Positions 47,913 to 57,954 of a stretch of 64,000 bases of DNA are shown here, in pieces; within the stretch, counting starts at the first letter, position 1, and every line of letters begins with the position of its first letter. The DNA lies in assembly GCA_030753015.1 (NCBI GenBank), contig JASMDC010000001.1:32001-96000 (forward strand), written 5' to 3'. This DNA comes from Candidatus Undinarchaeales archaeon (GTDB lineage Archaea; SpSt-1190; JASMDC01). Below the pieces are notes generated by a model. The model was given only the letters and a program-made list of their open reading frames with translations, did no database searches and was not told the origin of the DNA. Made by a program: the position numbers and the translations under genes.

Positions 47913-49244
47913 TCAGAGGCCACGGGCCTTGCGGTAGCACTCCTCTGCATGACCATGGTCGTACTGCTTCTTGTAGAGGTCGCCGAGGAACTCCCAGGCC
48001 TCCCGGTCGTCAGGCCATCGTTCCAAGAGATGTCGTGCGGCGATGATCGCCCGCTCGTTGTCCTGGTTATGCCCGTGGCAGAGGGCGAGGTTGAACCAGT
48101 ATTTGCGCACCCTGTCGTTGATCTTGATTGCCTCAGAGTAGGCGCCTGATCCAAGGCCGTACTCATGGCGGAGATAGTGGACGTACGCGAGGCGGCCCCA
48201 CGCCTGATGGTTCCTCTTATCCGAGGCCACAGCGTTCTTGAAGCAGCGCAAGGCCCGATTACCGTCCCCGGGCCCCTCAAGCCACAGCTCGCCCAGGTCG
48301 GTCCAGGCGGGCGAGCAGTGCGGATCAATCTTCACCGCCCGCTCGAAGAGCTTGATGGCCGTGGGGATGTCCCCGAGCTGGTGGTAGGCGTTGCCGGCAT
48401 GGGCGAAGTAGTCGGCGCTCGTCTTCTTGGTGGTCGCGGCGTTCTCCCAGGCGGGTGCCGCCTTGTCCCAGCGGCCGCGCTTGCCCTGGAGGAGGCCGAG
48501 CTTGGCCCACGCTCGGTGGAAGGATTTATCGGCCATGACCGCCCGTTCGTAGTAGTGGACGGCCTTCCCAGTCTCGTTCTGACGTTCGTATCCCTCGGCT
48601 AGATTATAGTAGAGCATGGGATCGTCGACCTTTCCGACGGTCTCCACCCGCTGAACGAGCACGTCCACTTTCTTGGGATCGGAGCGCCCCTCCTTCAGCA
48701 TCTCCTTGATCTTGCGCAGATCGGCCTTGATGTCCTTGTGGTCATCTTTCATCTCGCGATGGTCGTCGGCAAGGCCGTCCAGCCGACGGTTCACTGAGGA
48801 GAGCATGGCTGCCAGCTGCCGGTCGGTCATCACCGAGAGCTTGGCGACCAACTCACGCTTCACCTTTTCTCCGCGGTCCCGGCTCCGCTTGTCGAGGAAG
48901 GAGAAGAACTTGGTACTCTGACGGTCGATGAACCTCAGCACCGAGTCCGAGTCACGGCCGGCCCGTTTCTGCGTATCACGCACTTCGGAGCGCATCCGTG
49001 TGATAATATCCTCCACGTCCTCGGGGGACATCCCCTCCCGGTCCAGTTCCTCCCGGACGATCCTGGTCACGTTCCTCCAGTTTTCCGGTGAAAGGGGCTT
49101 GGTGTGGAATCGGCTGTCAAGGGAGCGCTTGAACAACCGGGGGGACAACTTTTTCGCTGCCTTCGCTCCGAGACGGGCCATCACAGCTTCCACGGTGAGC
49201 GAGAGCGCGCAGTGGAGCACTATCGTACTCAGTGGATCGACCAT
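47913..49244 (-). CDS. TPR-repeat protein with helical N-terminal domain
   Basis: Repeated AW..LG...A...F..A units in the C-terminal half. Confidence 0.8.
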   Translation of the reverse strand: MVDPLSTIVLHCALSLTVEAVMARLGAKAAKKLSPRLFKRSLDSRFHTKPLSPENWRNVTRIVREELDREGMSPEDVEDIITRMRSEVRDTQKRAGRDSDSVLRFIDRQSTKFFSFLDKRSRDRGEKVKRELVAKLSVMTDRQLAAMLSSVNRRLDGLADDHREMKDDHKDIKADLRKIKEMLKEGRSDPKKVDVLVQRVETVGKVDDPMLYYNLAEGYERQNETGKAVHYYERAVMADKSFHRAWAKLGLLQGKRGRWDKAAPAWENAATTKKTSADYFAHAGNAYHQLGDIPTAIKLFERAVKIDPHCSPAWTDLGELWLEGPGDGNRALRCFKNAVASDKRNHQAWGRLAYVHYLRHEYGLGSGAYSEAIKINDRVRKYWFNLALCHGHNQDNERAIIAARHLLERWPDDREAWEFLGDLYKKQYDHGHAEECYRKARGL

Positions 49245-49331
49245 TCAACCACTTCCAGGAGTATTAAACGTTTTAACTTGGGCCTATGGGACGTGACTTC
49301 CGTCCCGCAGTCGACTGTGATCGGCCGCCTC

Positions 49332-50465
49332 TTATTCGATCCTCTCGGTGAACACAACGCCACGCTTCGTGAGCTCGGCAAGTACGAGCTGGAAGAGCTC
49401 GTGGTCGCGTCCGAGGAACTCGGGCGGGAACACTCCCTTATCGGTGACGCGGCCGGCAAGGACCTGGCGAGCCACAATGGCCGCCGGGAAGCCCGTTGTC
49501 CGTGACATCGATGAGAACCCCGTGTCCTCATCGTACCGGTCCATCAGGTCGTAAGTATATGTCACCTGCTTGTCGTTCTTGAGACCCGCGACCTCGACAC
49601 GCATCACCGTGAACTCGCGGTCCTCGGGCCCGAGCTTCCACATTGGGAATAGGAGGCGCGTTGTGAGGTCGAGCGGTTTGACCTGCGTCCCGTTCTTGAG
49701 CTCGATCTTCTCCTGGGAGAAGAAACCGGTCTCCCGCAGCACACGCATGAGCTCGATGTGTCCGGGGTAACGCATTGTCTTCTCCTTCATGTTCGGTGCG
49801 TCGATCGTGGTGATGAGTGAGCGCAGGCCATCGGTGTTGAACGCCTCGAGCGTTCCGATGTCGGGGAAGTCCACCAGCTCGGGCTCAGAGAGCGCCGGGA
49901 GGACGACCACCTTGCCGTCGCGAACGAGCCGCGCAGGGCGTGTGTACTCCTCGAGCACGTCGATCGGAGAGAAGGGCGCCTTGTATTCGTAGGGCCAGCT
50001 GCGCTCCTTGGGGAGGCCGCCGACCATGATTGTGAGGTCGGTCGTCTTGTCAAGGATGGAGTCGACGTACCCCGGGATCATATTGCTCATCCCGGGCGCC
50101 ACACCACAGTCCACCACCGCGGTGACACCGTGCTCCTTGGCCAGCCCGTCCAGTGCCATGGCGTCCTCGGGCATGAACGAGATGTCCACGATGTTCTTGC
50201 CAGCGCGGATGACCGTCTCGAGGTTCTTGAAACCCAGGAAACCGGGCAATGAGCCGATGACGAGGTCGTACCCCTGGATGAGCTGTGTGATGGTGTCCGC
50301 GTCCGAGAGGTCGGCCTGGACGAACTCTATACCATGTGGTGTGAGCTGTTCCTTTAGAGCGGGATTGAGGTCCGCCACGGTAACGTCGATGTCCTTGTCC
50401 GCGGCGAGGTCACGGGCCATGACCTGGCCAACGAGCCCGCCACCGAGCACGATAATTTTTATCAT
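49332..50465 (-). CDS. Saccharopine dehydrogenase-family oxidoreductase (lysine 6-dehydrogenase-like)
   Basis: VLGGGLVG, DCGVAPG, VGGLP, EAFNTDGLRSL, KTMRYPGH, MSRTTG. Confidence 0.88.
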   Translation of the reverse strand: MIKIIVLGGGLVGQVMARDLAADKDIDVTVADLNPALKEQLTPHGIEFVQADLSDADTITQLIQGYDLVIGSLPGFLGFKNLETVIRAGKNIVDISFMPEDAMALDGLAKEHGVTAVVDCGVAPGMSNMIPGYVDSILDKTTDLTIMVGGLPKERSWPYEYKAPFSPIDVLEEYTRPARLVRDGKVVVLPALSEPELVDFPDIGTLEAFNTDGLRSLITTIDAPNMKEKTMRYPGHIELMRVLRETGFFSQEKIELKNGTQVKPLDLTTRLLFPMWKLGPEDREFTVMRVEVAGLKNDKQVTYTYDLMDRYDEDTGFSSMSRTTGFPAAIVARQVLAGRVTDKGVFPPEFLGRDHELFQLVLAELTKRGVVFTERIE

Positions 50466-50520
50466 GATACTGCCCGGGCTGGTGGGGAGAACATTAAAGT
50501 CTTTCGTGGAGGGCGCGTCC

Positions 50521-51408
50521 CTAGATCGGGTTTACCACCGCGTCCTTCCGACTGGCGGCCTTCTCGGAGGCCTTCAGCTTGTCGTCGAGCTTCTTGATGG
50601 CCTTCTCGCCGTGCTCCCAGAACTCGTAGGCGTGCTCGAATAGGTCGGTGAGCGCCTGGGCGAAGAAGGAGGACCGCAGCCAGATGCCCGTGTCGTAGGA
50701 GGGGTGCACGGCGTTCTCTGGCACCACCATGAACATGACCTCATCGTTATCGATCACGTAGATACGGGCGTGGATATCCTCTGAGTGGCGTACCTTCGCA
50801 ATGGTCAGGAGGAGCTTGGCGTCCGTCCTGTTTGTCTCGTTGAGGTGGGCGGCCATCTTGATGATGGCACCGTTCTTGCTTGCCTTCTTCAAGGCTTCGA
50901 TATGCTCCTGAGCCAGATAGGTGATGCCGTCGGAGGTCGTGAGGATGATGATGGAGGTCTTGGCGTCCCGGATCATCAGGTCGAGATGGTCACGCATGTT
51001 GGTCTGTCCGCGTACGGCGCCCGATTCCTCGGGGGGTGCGATGAACTCGGACCCTTGGGAGTAGAGGTTCTTGAGCTTGCCCAGAACGTTGCTCTTCTCG
51101 ATGCGCTCGACCTCATCGAGGTGCTTAACGCGCTCGGTCTCGGTGTAGTCCTTGACGGCCGTGATGATGTCCTTGGGCGGCACGACAACGTACTTTATGG
51201 GCTTGCCCGGTTTCTGTGAGATGAACTTCTTTGACTCGAGGCTCTCGAGCACGTCGTAGGTGCGGGAGCGCGGGACGTTGGAAATGTCCGCAAGCTCTCC
51301 GGCAGTAGCACTCCCTTTCGACAGAAGGGCGAGCCATACCTTCGTCTCGTAGAGGTTGAGGCCGAACCGGCGGCGAATCTCACTGACAAGCTCTTGGTCG
51401 TGGATCAT
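50521..51408 (-). CDS. TrmB family transcriptional regulator
   Basis: FGLNLYETKVWLALL...ISNVPRSRTYDVLESL. Confidence 0.9.
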   Translation of the reverse strand: MIHDQELVSEIRRRFGLNLYETKVWLALLSKGSATAGELADISNVPRSRTYDVLESLESKKFISQKPGKPIKYVVVPPKDIITAVKDYTETERVKHLDEVERIEKSNVLGKLKNLYSQGSEFIAPPEESGAVRGQTNMRDHLDLMIRDAKTSIIILTTSDGITYLAQEHIEALKKASKNGAIIKMAAHLNETNRTDAKLLLTIAKVRHSEDIHARIYVIDNDEVMFMVVPENAVHPSYDTGIWLRSSFFAQALTDLFEHAYEFWEHGEKAIKKLDDKLKASEKAASRKDAVVNPI

Positions 51409-51451
51409 TAATGGACACCGCAGACGACGACGCGGCTATGTTTTTTAAATG

Positions 51452-52444
51452 CTATGCTTCGGCAGCGTTCCCGATTCGCTCTCGCCATGCGGCTGCGCGG
51501 CGCTCGTCACCGTACGCCGCATAGAGCTCGGCCAGTCGCTGTACAACCTCCGCGTCGTCCGGTCGCAGCCGTGCCGTCGCCTCGTGGAGCATGATGTCCC
51601 TATAGAGTCGTTCCCTTGAGAAGCAGCGTCGGGCCCGGGCGGTCTCGCCACGTCCTTCAAGGAGCATACCCGCTGTAGCCCAGGCGTCAGGGACGTTCTC
51701 TGGAGCGAGCATACCACACGCTTCCTCATGGAGGATAGCGAGGTCAGGCCGTCCAGTTGCCTCGAGCACCAGGGCCATGCCCCGGTTGGCCTTCTCGTGG
51801 TCCCGATCGAGCTTCAATGCGCGACGCAGGTGCTCTTCTGCAGAGGAGGGCTTGGTCTGACGGAAGGCCACTATCCCAAGGCCGGCCCAGCCCAGTACGC
51901 TCTTCGGATCGCGTTCAACGAGCTCGCGGTACACGACCTCCGCTTCGTCGAACGCCTCCCGTGCGATGAGTGCCTCCCCCAGCCGCTCGGCCGCCTCGGG
52001 CCGTCCCAGCTCAAGGGACAGGACGCGTCGAAAGCATTTCTCGGCTCCTTCTCCAGTACCGCCGAGGGCCACCCCGAGATCGATCCAGATATCAGGATTG
52101 TCAGGAGCTACAAGGGTCAGGGACTCGAGGGTCCGGACCCACAGGGCCCGATGGTCGTCCCTTCCCTTCTCGAAAACAAGACGTTCGAGAGCGGTGGCGA
52201 GGTTCAGGAGCGTCTCGGGTCGTGTTGCGTCCACCTCGAGCGCTTCGGAGAAAGCACGGACCGCATCCTCGAAACGACCTGCCCGCACAAGACATGAGCC
52301 GAGGTTGTTGAGCGCCGTTGGATCATCTGGGTCCCGGGACAGGACATCTTTGAACCGCTCGATGGCCACACCGACGCGGCCTTCCTCGAAAGCATCCTTT
52401 CCCTGACGGAGCAGTTCCTCTATGTCCGTCGTGGATTCGCCCAT
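51452..52444 (-). CDS. TPR-repeat protein
   Basis: ALNNLG, LLNLA, WIDLG, WAGLG repeats. Confidence 0.82.
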   Translation of the reverse strand: MGESTTDIEELLRQGKDAFEEGRVGVAIERFKDVLSRDPDDPTALNNLGSCLVRAGRFEDAVRAFSEALEVDATRPETLLNLATALERLVFEKGRDDHRALWVRTLESLTLVAPDNPDIWIDLGVALGGTGEGAEKCFRRVLSLELGRPEAAERLGEALIAREAFDEAEVVYRELVERDPKSVLGWAGLGIVAFRQTKPSSAEEHLRRALKLDRDHEKANRGMALVLEATGRPDLAILHEEACGMLAPENVPDAWATAGMLLEGRGETARARRCFSRERLYRDIMLHEATARLRPDDAEVVQRLAELYAAYGDERRAAAWRERIGNAAEA

Positions 52445-52483
52445 GGTGGGTGTGATGGCGGCCATCCTATAAGAATAACTCAC

Positions 52484-53395
52484 CTAGACGAGGGCGAGCA
52501 CGATCGGGATGGTCAGGGTTGAGAGCATTGTGGTGAAGAACACCGCGCGGGCCCCCACCTCGGCATCCAGCCCGAGCCGTTCGATGAGGATGACGTTCAC
52601 CGTGGCACTGGCGCTGCCGAACTCCACGGCGACACAGGTACGCCACGCGAGAGGGAGGTCCACCAGACGGGACACTGTGACTCCTAGGATCCCGCCGACG
52701 ACCAGACGCAGCCCGACTACTAATGCCGTAACTCTGTCCATCTTGAAACCATCAGAATCCGGCCGAAGACTTGCGCCCACGACGAACAGGGCCAAGGGGC
52801 CCGTTACGGTATCCATGCGGGAGATTACGGGGAACGCGAGGCGTACGAGCATGTCCGGGGGAGAGCCCGGCATGAGAACGATAACCACCGCCAGTGCCAT
52901 GGCGGCCAGGAGGGGCCAGAACTGGGCGTACACCGTGCGGGGATCGAAGGTGTCCCGGTCCATGAACAGCGGCGTCAGGAGCAGGAACGTGAGGAAGTAC
53001 GCTTGCGAGTAGAACACCGCGGCCAGTGCCCCCGCTTCCCCGGCAGCCGAACGGATGAAGGGGAGGGGGATGAAGATACCGTTGTGGTGTGCCACGAGGA
53101 ACACGAGCGTATCCCGGGAAGGGCCCGAGAGCCCGAACCAACGAGCGGTGGCCAACGTAAGCCCCATGAACACGATGTACTGGCCCACCGCAACCAGCCC
53201 GAGACGCCAGAGCGAGCGGGCCACGTCCCGCTCGAGCCCAGCGGCACCGGTGAGCACCGACGCGGGGATGAACACGAAGAACAGTACCAATAGCGCCCGC
53301 CGGACCAGCTCCTCCGAGAGAATCCCTTTCCTGCGAAGAAGATGGCCTGCGGCCACCAGCCCGAGGAACGTGGCGTATGTCTGGAGGGGGAGCAT
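52484..53395 (-). CDS. AEC (auxin efflux carrier) family transporter
   Basis: NGIFIPLP, PLALFVVG, VFFTTMLSTLTIP motifs; about 10 TM helices. Confidence 0.85.
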   Translation of the reverse strand: MLPLQTYATFLGLVAAGHLLRRKGILSEELVRRALLVLFFVFIPASVLTGAAGLERDVARSLWRLGLVAVGQYIVFMGLTLATARWFGLSGPSRDTLVFLVAHHNGIFIPLPFIRSAAGEAGALAAVFYSQAYFLTFLLLTPLFMDRDTFDPRTVYAQFWPLLAAMALAVVIVLMPGSPPDMLVRLAFPVISRMDTVTGPLALFVVGASLRPDSDGFKMDRVTALVVGLRLVVGGILGVTVSRLVDLPLAWRTCVAVEFGSASATVNVILIERLGLDAEVGARAVFFTTMLSTLTIPIVLALV

Positions 53396-53476
53396 GGTAG
53401 CAGCTCTCCGCAGCCCTATCCATGTTTTTATATACTTTGGTCGCCCTTTTTCGAAGGGTACCCCCCGGTGAGTCCA

Positions 53477-56023
53477 ATGGCCCGTCATATCCCCACGCTC
53501 ATTCTGCTCGTAACGCTCCTGCTGTCCGCTCCCGCGGTAGCGGTGACGTACGCCGAGGTATGGAGCGTGGACGGTGACCTGTTCACTGTAGGTGACGCCG
53601 ATAATGACGGGAAGGACGAGATCGTCGTACTTCCGTGCGATGTGTACAGCTGTTCTGCTGCAGGATGCAAGCGGGATTACTCATGTGGCGCCTCCGCTTC
53701 GGACGTATGGTCGGTGGCAGTGGGCGATGGCGATGGCGACGGGAACAACGAGATCTATCTGGGGAAAACGGGTGGCTTCTCCGTATACCGGTGCGACAAC
53801 TCCCGGTGCGTCGAGGCAGGCCAGGGTGAGACCCTTTACAACGGCCGAGCGGTCGGGTTCGCTGCGGGCGATGTGAACAACGATGGCACCAATATCCTCA
53901 TGGTGGGCACCAATCCCGTCAAGGAATGCGGTGCCGGTCGCGTCACGGGTACGTGCACCGATGGCACGAAGAGCTGGGGTCTGCTCATCAGCTACACTTG
54001 CGACGCCGATGGGTGCGTGGACCAATGGTTCTACGAAATGAAGGGCACCGTCGACGACATCGATATCGTGGACGTGGACAATGACGGGAAGAACGAGGTC
54101 CTCGCCGCCCGCAACGTGCTCGCCTGCGATAACAACCGGTGCGACAAGACGAACGACGGGAGCTCCGTCGATCCCGAGGACATCCAGGATGGGGACTTCC
54201 TCGGTACCTACACGGCCGTCGGCGACCTGGACGGCGATGGGAAGAGCGAGCTGGTGACAAGAAGCGAGACCAACCTCTACGTCTACAGCTGTGACACCTC
54301 CTCGTGCGAGCGGATGAGCGTCGAGACACCGGCCTCGAGCGCGTTCGATGTCGGGACGCTCAACGAATCCCACCCCTCCCTGTTATCGGGCAACGCCACA
54401 GACAGCTCGCTCGTCGAGAGCATCATCGTCGACGGCAAGCTCTCATCGTCACCTCTGTACATATCCTCCGGAGGTGCGGGCGCGACCCAGCTGAAGGTCG
54501 TGCATTCCAACGGCGATCGCATGGTAGCGGTGCGTCTGGGTACAAAGGTACGCCTCTTCGCCGCCCGTCTGGATCTGGACGAATCGTGCGAGCGCGATAA
54601 CCAGTGTGGTTCCGGGATCTGCGCGGGGGGTGTGTGCAGCGATGGATCGTACGGTGCCGTTTGCGAGGCGGCCAACGACTGCGACTCGGGCAACTGCCTG
54701 AACGATATCTGCTGCGAGTCGGGCAAGGAATGCTGCCTTGAGGACAACCAGTGCTCCAAGGGCGTGTGCGACGTGGGCTCCTACGCGTGTCACGTCCGGG
54801 CCGAGGGCGATATCTGCACCCAGGACGCCGAGTGCGACACCGTCACGTGCACGAACGGCGTGTGCTGTACTGTCGGGAAGGCATGCTGTACGAAGGACGA
54901 CCAGTGCGCGGAGGGTGAGGTGTGCTGCGCTGCCGGCGAGTGCAAGCCCATCTACGATGTGGTCAAGATATATCCCCCTAACAGTACTGCCGTAGCACCC
55001 GGCACCGAGATCTTCGTGACCGGCGACAGCGGGGGACCGCCCCGCGAGGGCGCGGTGTGCTACACCGCAGCCCTGGAGCCGGGTCAGACCTATCAGCTTG
55101 CCTGGAGCTTCCCGGAGGGCTTGGGGATTACCGCGGAAGACTCCAGCATCTCCCGACTGAAGGGGCCGGACGCTGCCGTTATCAACCTCGACTGGAAGGT
55201 TGTGGGCGATGGCGAGCTCACAGCCGACTTTACCGTGCTGGAAGCGGGTGACTGGGATCTGGTCATGAGCGCCCTGGGTAACGGAGTTGGGTACAAGTAC
55301 ACGTTCTCGGCCACCGAAGCAACGACCGGGCTCGTACCGACGCCCGAGGCTGTCGTGCAGGAGACCACCCCCGAGCCCGAAGCGGCCGCGACCGAGGCCA
55401 CACCCGAGCCCACGGCGGACGCACGCGTGGAGAATCCGCCTGCCGTTACCCCGGCTCCCGAGGCCATCGCCGCCGCTCCGCCCGCCGCGACTCCGACACC
55501 CGCACCGGCTACGCCTGCACAATCCCCGCCCGCGACAGGGATCACTTCTGCCTTGGGCGACACCACGACCCTTCTGGTGGCAGGATGTCTTCTGCTCGCG
55601 CTCCTGTTTACCTACCTCAAGCGGGCTCCTATCGCTCGTGCCGTGGATGGTAGTGTTATGGGCATCACAGTGGCCGACGCGGAGAATCCCGCAGGGTTCG
55701 ATTCGCTGAAGCTCTCTGTGTACCGCACATACACCACGAGCATCCGGCCTTCCATCAGCCACTTCCTGGAAGGGGCCGCGGCCACGACCGATGCAGATGT
55801 GGTTCCGGCCGCAGCCTCTGCTGGAGCCGCAGTGCCCGCCACCCTCCAGGACTCGGGTAGTCCCTACTCGCGCCAGGCCGTGTCACAGGCGGTCCGGTAC
55901 GAGACCATCGACCGCAAGGAACTGATGGAGAAGCTCAAGACACTCAAGGAGCTCCTGGACAACGGCCTTATCACGCCGGATGACTACAACCGCAAGAAGG
56001 AAGAGTACCTGGCCAGGTTCTAG
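53477..56023 (+). CDS. Cell-surface protein: FG-GAP/VCBS repeats, Cys-rich repeats, Pro/Thr/Ala stalk, TM helix, C-terminal SHOCT domain
   Basis: Repeated GDxDxDGxxE, C-x4-C-x3-C units, and LKELLDNGLITPDDYNRKKEEYL. Confidence 0.85.
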   Translation: MARHIPTLILLVTLLLSAPAVAVTYAEVWSVDGDLFTVGDADNDGKDEIVVLPCDVYSCSAAGCKRDYSCGASASDVWSVAVGDGDGDGNNEIYLGKTGGFSVYRCDNSRCVEAGQGETLYNGRAVGFAAGDVNNDGTNILMVGTNPVKECGAGRVTGTCTDGTKSWGLLISYTCDADGCVDQWFYEMKGTVDDIDIVDVDNDGKNEVLAARNVLACDNNRCDKTNDGSSVDPEDIQDGDFLGTYTAVGDLDGDGKSELVTRSETNLYVYSCDTSSCERMSVETPASSAFDVGTLNESHPSLLSGNATDSSLVESIIVDGKLSSSPLYISSGGAGATQLKVVHSNGDRMVAVRLGTKVRLFAARLDLDESCERDNQCGSGICAGGVCSDGSYGAVCEAANDCDSGNCLNDICCESGKECCLEDNQCSKGVCDVGSYACHVRAEGDICTQDAECDTVTCTNGVCCTVGKACCTKDDQCAEGEVCCAAGECKPIYDVVKIYPPNSTAVAPGTEIFVTGDSGGPPREGAVCYTAALEPGQTYQLAWSFPEGLGITAEDSSISRLKGPDAAVINLDWKVVGDGELTADFTVLEAGDWDLVMSALGNGVGYKYTFSATEATTGLVPTPEAVVQETTPEPEAAATEATPEPTADARVENPPAVTPAPEAIAAAPPAATPTPAPATPAQSPPATGITSALGDTTTLLVAGCLLLALLFTYLKRAPIARAVDGSVMGITVADAENPAGFDSLKLSVYRTYTTSIRPSISHFLEGAAATTDADVVPAAASAGAAVPATLQDSGSPYSRQAVSQAVRYETIDRKELMEKLKTLKELLDNGLITPDDYNRKKEEYLARF

Positions 56024-56080
56024 TCGCTCTGTTCGCAGCCATACGAACAGGCCACGAGCATCAGATGGGGTGGGCGGGCC

Positions 56081-56530
56081 CTAAGGTTGATCTCTTTCGA
56101 TGCCGACGACTTCTTCGCCAGCTCGAAGGTATTCCTCGATCCGCTCAGCAACATCGTCGATGAGATATCGCCTGGTGAACGAGAACGCCTCGACAGGGCT
56201 TACGCCCTCAGTGAAACGGTACCGGTTCTTCGACCGCTCGACCAGATGAAGGGCCGCCAGCCGTCTGAGGTGGCGACGCAGGTTCGAGGCGGCCAGACCT
56301 TCGGTCACACCCATGGTCTTCAGCTCGTTCACGAGCTCCTCCAATGTGGATTGTTCCCCCCTGGCATGGGTCCGGAACAGGGCATGGAGGACATCCACGA
56401 TGGTGTCACGCCGGTCGTTGGGCTGGAGAACGCCGAGGGAGAGGCAGATGCGGCGGAAGAGCTCCCGTTCCTGAGTAGACCGGGGGCGCTCGTACTTGCG
56501 TAGTGTGATCTCCTTGAGGGGCGCGGCCAT
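56081..56530 (-). CDS. Winged-helix domain protein
   Basis: EITLRKYERP, CLSLGVLQP, ASNLRRHLRRL...LVE. Confidence 0.7.
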   Translation of the reverse strand: MAAPLKEITLRKYERPRSTQERELFRRICLSLGVLQPNDRRDTIVDVLHALFRTHARGEQSTLEELVNELKTMGVTEGLAASNLRRHLRRLAALHLVERSKNRYRFTEGVSPVEAFSFTRRYLIDDVAERIEEYLRAGEEVVGIERDQP

Positions 56531-56594
56531 ACCGGTGATAAGATGCGCTTGAGAATTAAAACCTGTCGGAATGGGCGAGATGATATAGTCGCTC

Positions 56595-57767
56595 TCAGTA
56601 CAGGAACACTTTAAGCAGCGACGGGCGACGTGCGAAGAGCCGAGCAGCTCGGGTGAAACCCTTGCCCGCGAGGAAGTCCACGACGTCCTTGGGAGTGATC
56701 TTGGTGATGAGGTAGTCGAGGTCCTCGTCGGAGAGCGAGTGGACCGCGCGTCTGGCACGAACGAGGCTATTCTGGAAGGCGCCGTACCCCTTGCTCCACC
56801 GCTCTTCGTACTCCTTGAGGGACTTCTTTGATGTGTCACCACGACCTATGGCCTTGGCAGCGGTCTCGCCGGCGAACCTCCCGGCTTCCATGGCCTCACA
56901 GATACCTCCGGCATGGATGGGATTGACCTGGCGGGCCGCATCACCGGCGACCATGATACCATCGGCCACAAAGTGACTGATCGACTCACCTACAGGGATG
57001 GTCCCAGCGTTCACCTCAAGGACACTCCCTTGGGCCAGCCCTGGTTCAGAGGCTATGAACCGCTTGAGGTAAGTGATAGAATTCTCCTCGTCAGAACCGA
57101 GGACCGTGACACCTACATTGGCAACATCATCGCCCTTCGGGAATACCCATGCATAACCGCCACCAGCGGTCCTCCGGCCGGTCCAGCAGGTGACCATGGT
57201 GGGATCGGGGATGTCGATACCTGCCATTTCGAACTGGACACCGGAGCTCAGATTCTTTGGCTGGACTGGTTCGGTAAGTCCCAGCGACCGGGCCATGGTG
57301 GCGTCCACACCGCCACAGCAGATGACGATGGCCGCCTCCTCCTCCCAAGTCCGGCCCGCGGAAGAGAGGGTGACTCGTGTAGTATCTCCGTCTCGCACCA
57401 CCGACTCTGCGCGAGTCCAGGCCTGGACATTCGCGCCATCGCGCACGGCGAGGGTGGCCAAGTATTTATCGAACAACTTCCGCTCCACAACCACACCGAC
57501 CACGTGGTCCTCCCGGGCAGATACCCTGCGGCCATTGGGCGCAACGAATGTGAGGCCATGGATGCGTTGAGCGATCCACCGCTCATCCTCGGGTACCATG
57601 TCACGCTTCAAGACCTCGAGCACCACTCCTTCGGCACACCGTTTGGGAGCGCCAATCTCCTGGCGCTGGTCCACAGCGAGCACATCAAGGCCTTCGCGGG
57701 CAGCAAATCGTGCAGCGTTCGCCCCTGCGGGGCCTACACCGATAACGATGACGTCAGGCACGTACAA
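56595..57767 (-). CDS. Geranylgeranyl reductase (digeranylgeranylglycerophospholipid reductase)
   Basis: IGVGPAG, IGAPKRCAEG, ERKLFD, GYAWVFPKG, AGDAARQVNPIHAGGI; ferredoxin gene directly upstream. Confidence 0.88.
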   Translation of the reverse strand: MYVPDVIVIGVGPAGANAARFAAREGLDVLAVDQRQEIGAPKRCAEGVVLEVLKRDMVPEDERWIAQRIHGLTFVAPNGRRVSAREDHVVGVVVERKLFDKYLATLAVRDGANVQAWTRAESVVRDGDTTRVTLSSAGRTWEEEAAIVICCGGVDATMARSLGLTEPVQPKNLSSGVQFEMAGIDIPDPTMVTCWTGRRTAGGGYAWVFPKGDDVANVGVTVLGSDEENSITYLKRFIASEPGLAQGSVLEVNAGTIPVGESISHFVADGIMVAGDAARQVNPIHAGGICEAMEAGRFAGETAAKAIGRGDTSKKSLKEYEERWSKGYGAFQNSLVRARRAVHSLSDEDLDYLITKITPKDVVDFLAGKGFTRAARLFARRPSLLKVFLY

Positions 57768-57768
57768 T

Positions 57769-57942
57769 TCACTCCAGAGATATAGCGCCCGTGGGACATA
57801 CCGCTACGCACGCCCCACAGGAGACACATTCCTTATCGTCGATGATGATGATAGGATCATGGAACACGCTCGCGTCCACGGGACATGTCACGATACAGCC
57901 GCCGCAATGCAGGCATAGGTCCTCGTTCACGACAGCGACCAC
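57769..57942 (-). CDS. 2x[4Fe-4S] ferredoxin, 57 aa
   Basis: Not in the ORF track. CLHCGGCIVTCP and CVSCGACVAVCPTGAI. Confidence 0.9.
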   Translation of the reverse strand: MVAVVNEDLCLHCGGCIVTCPVDASVFHDPIIIIDDKECVSCGACVAVCPTGAISLE

Positions 57943-57954
57943 GACTCTATCACC

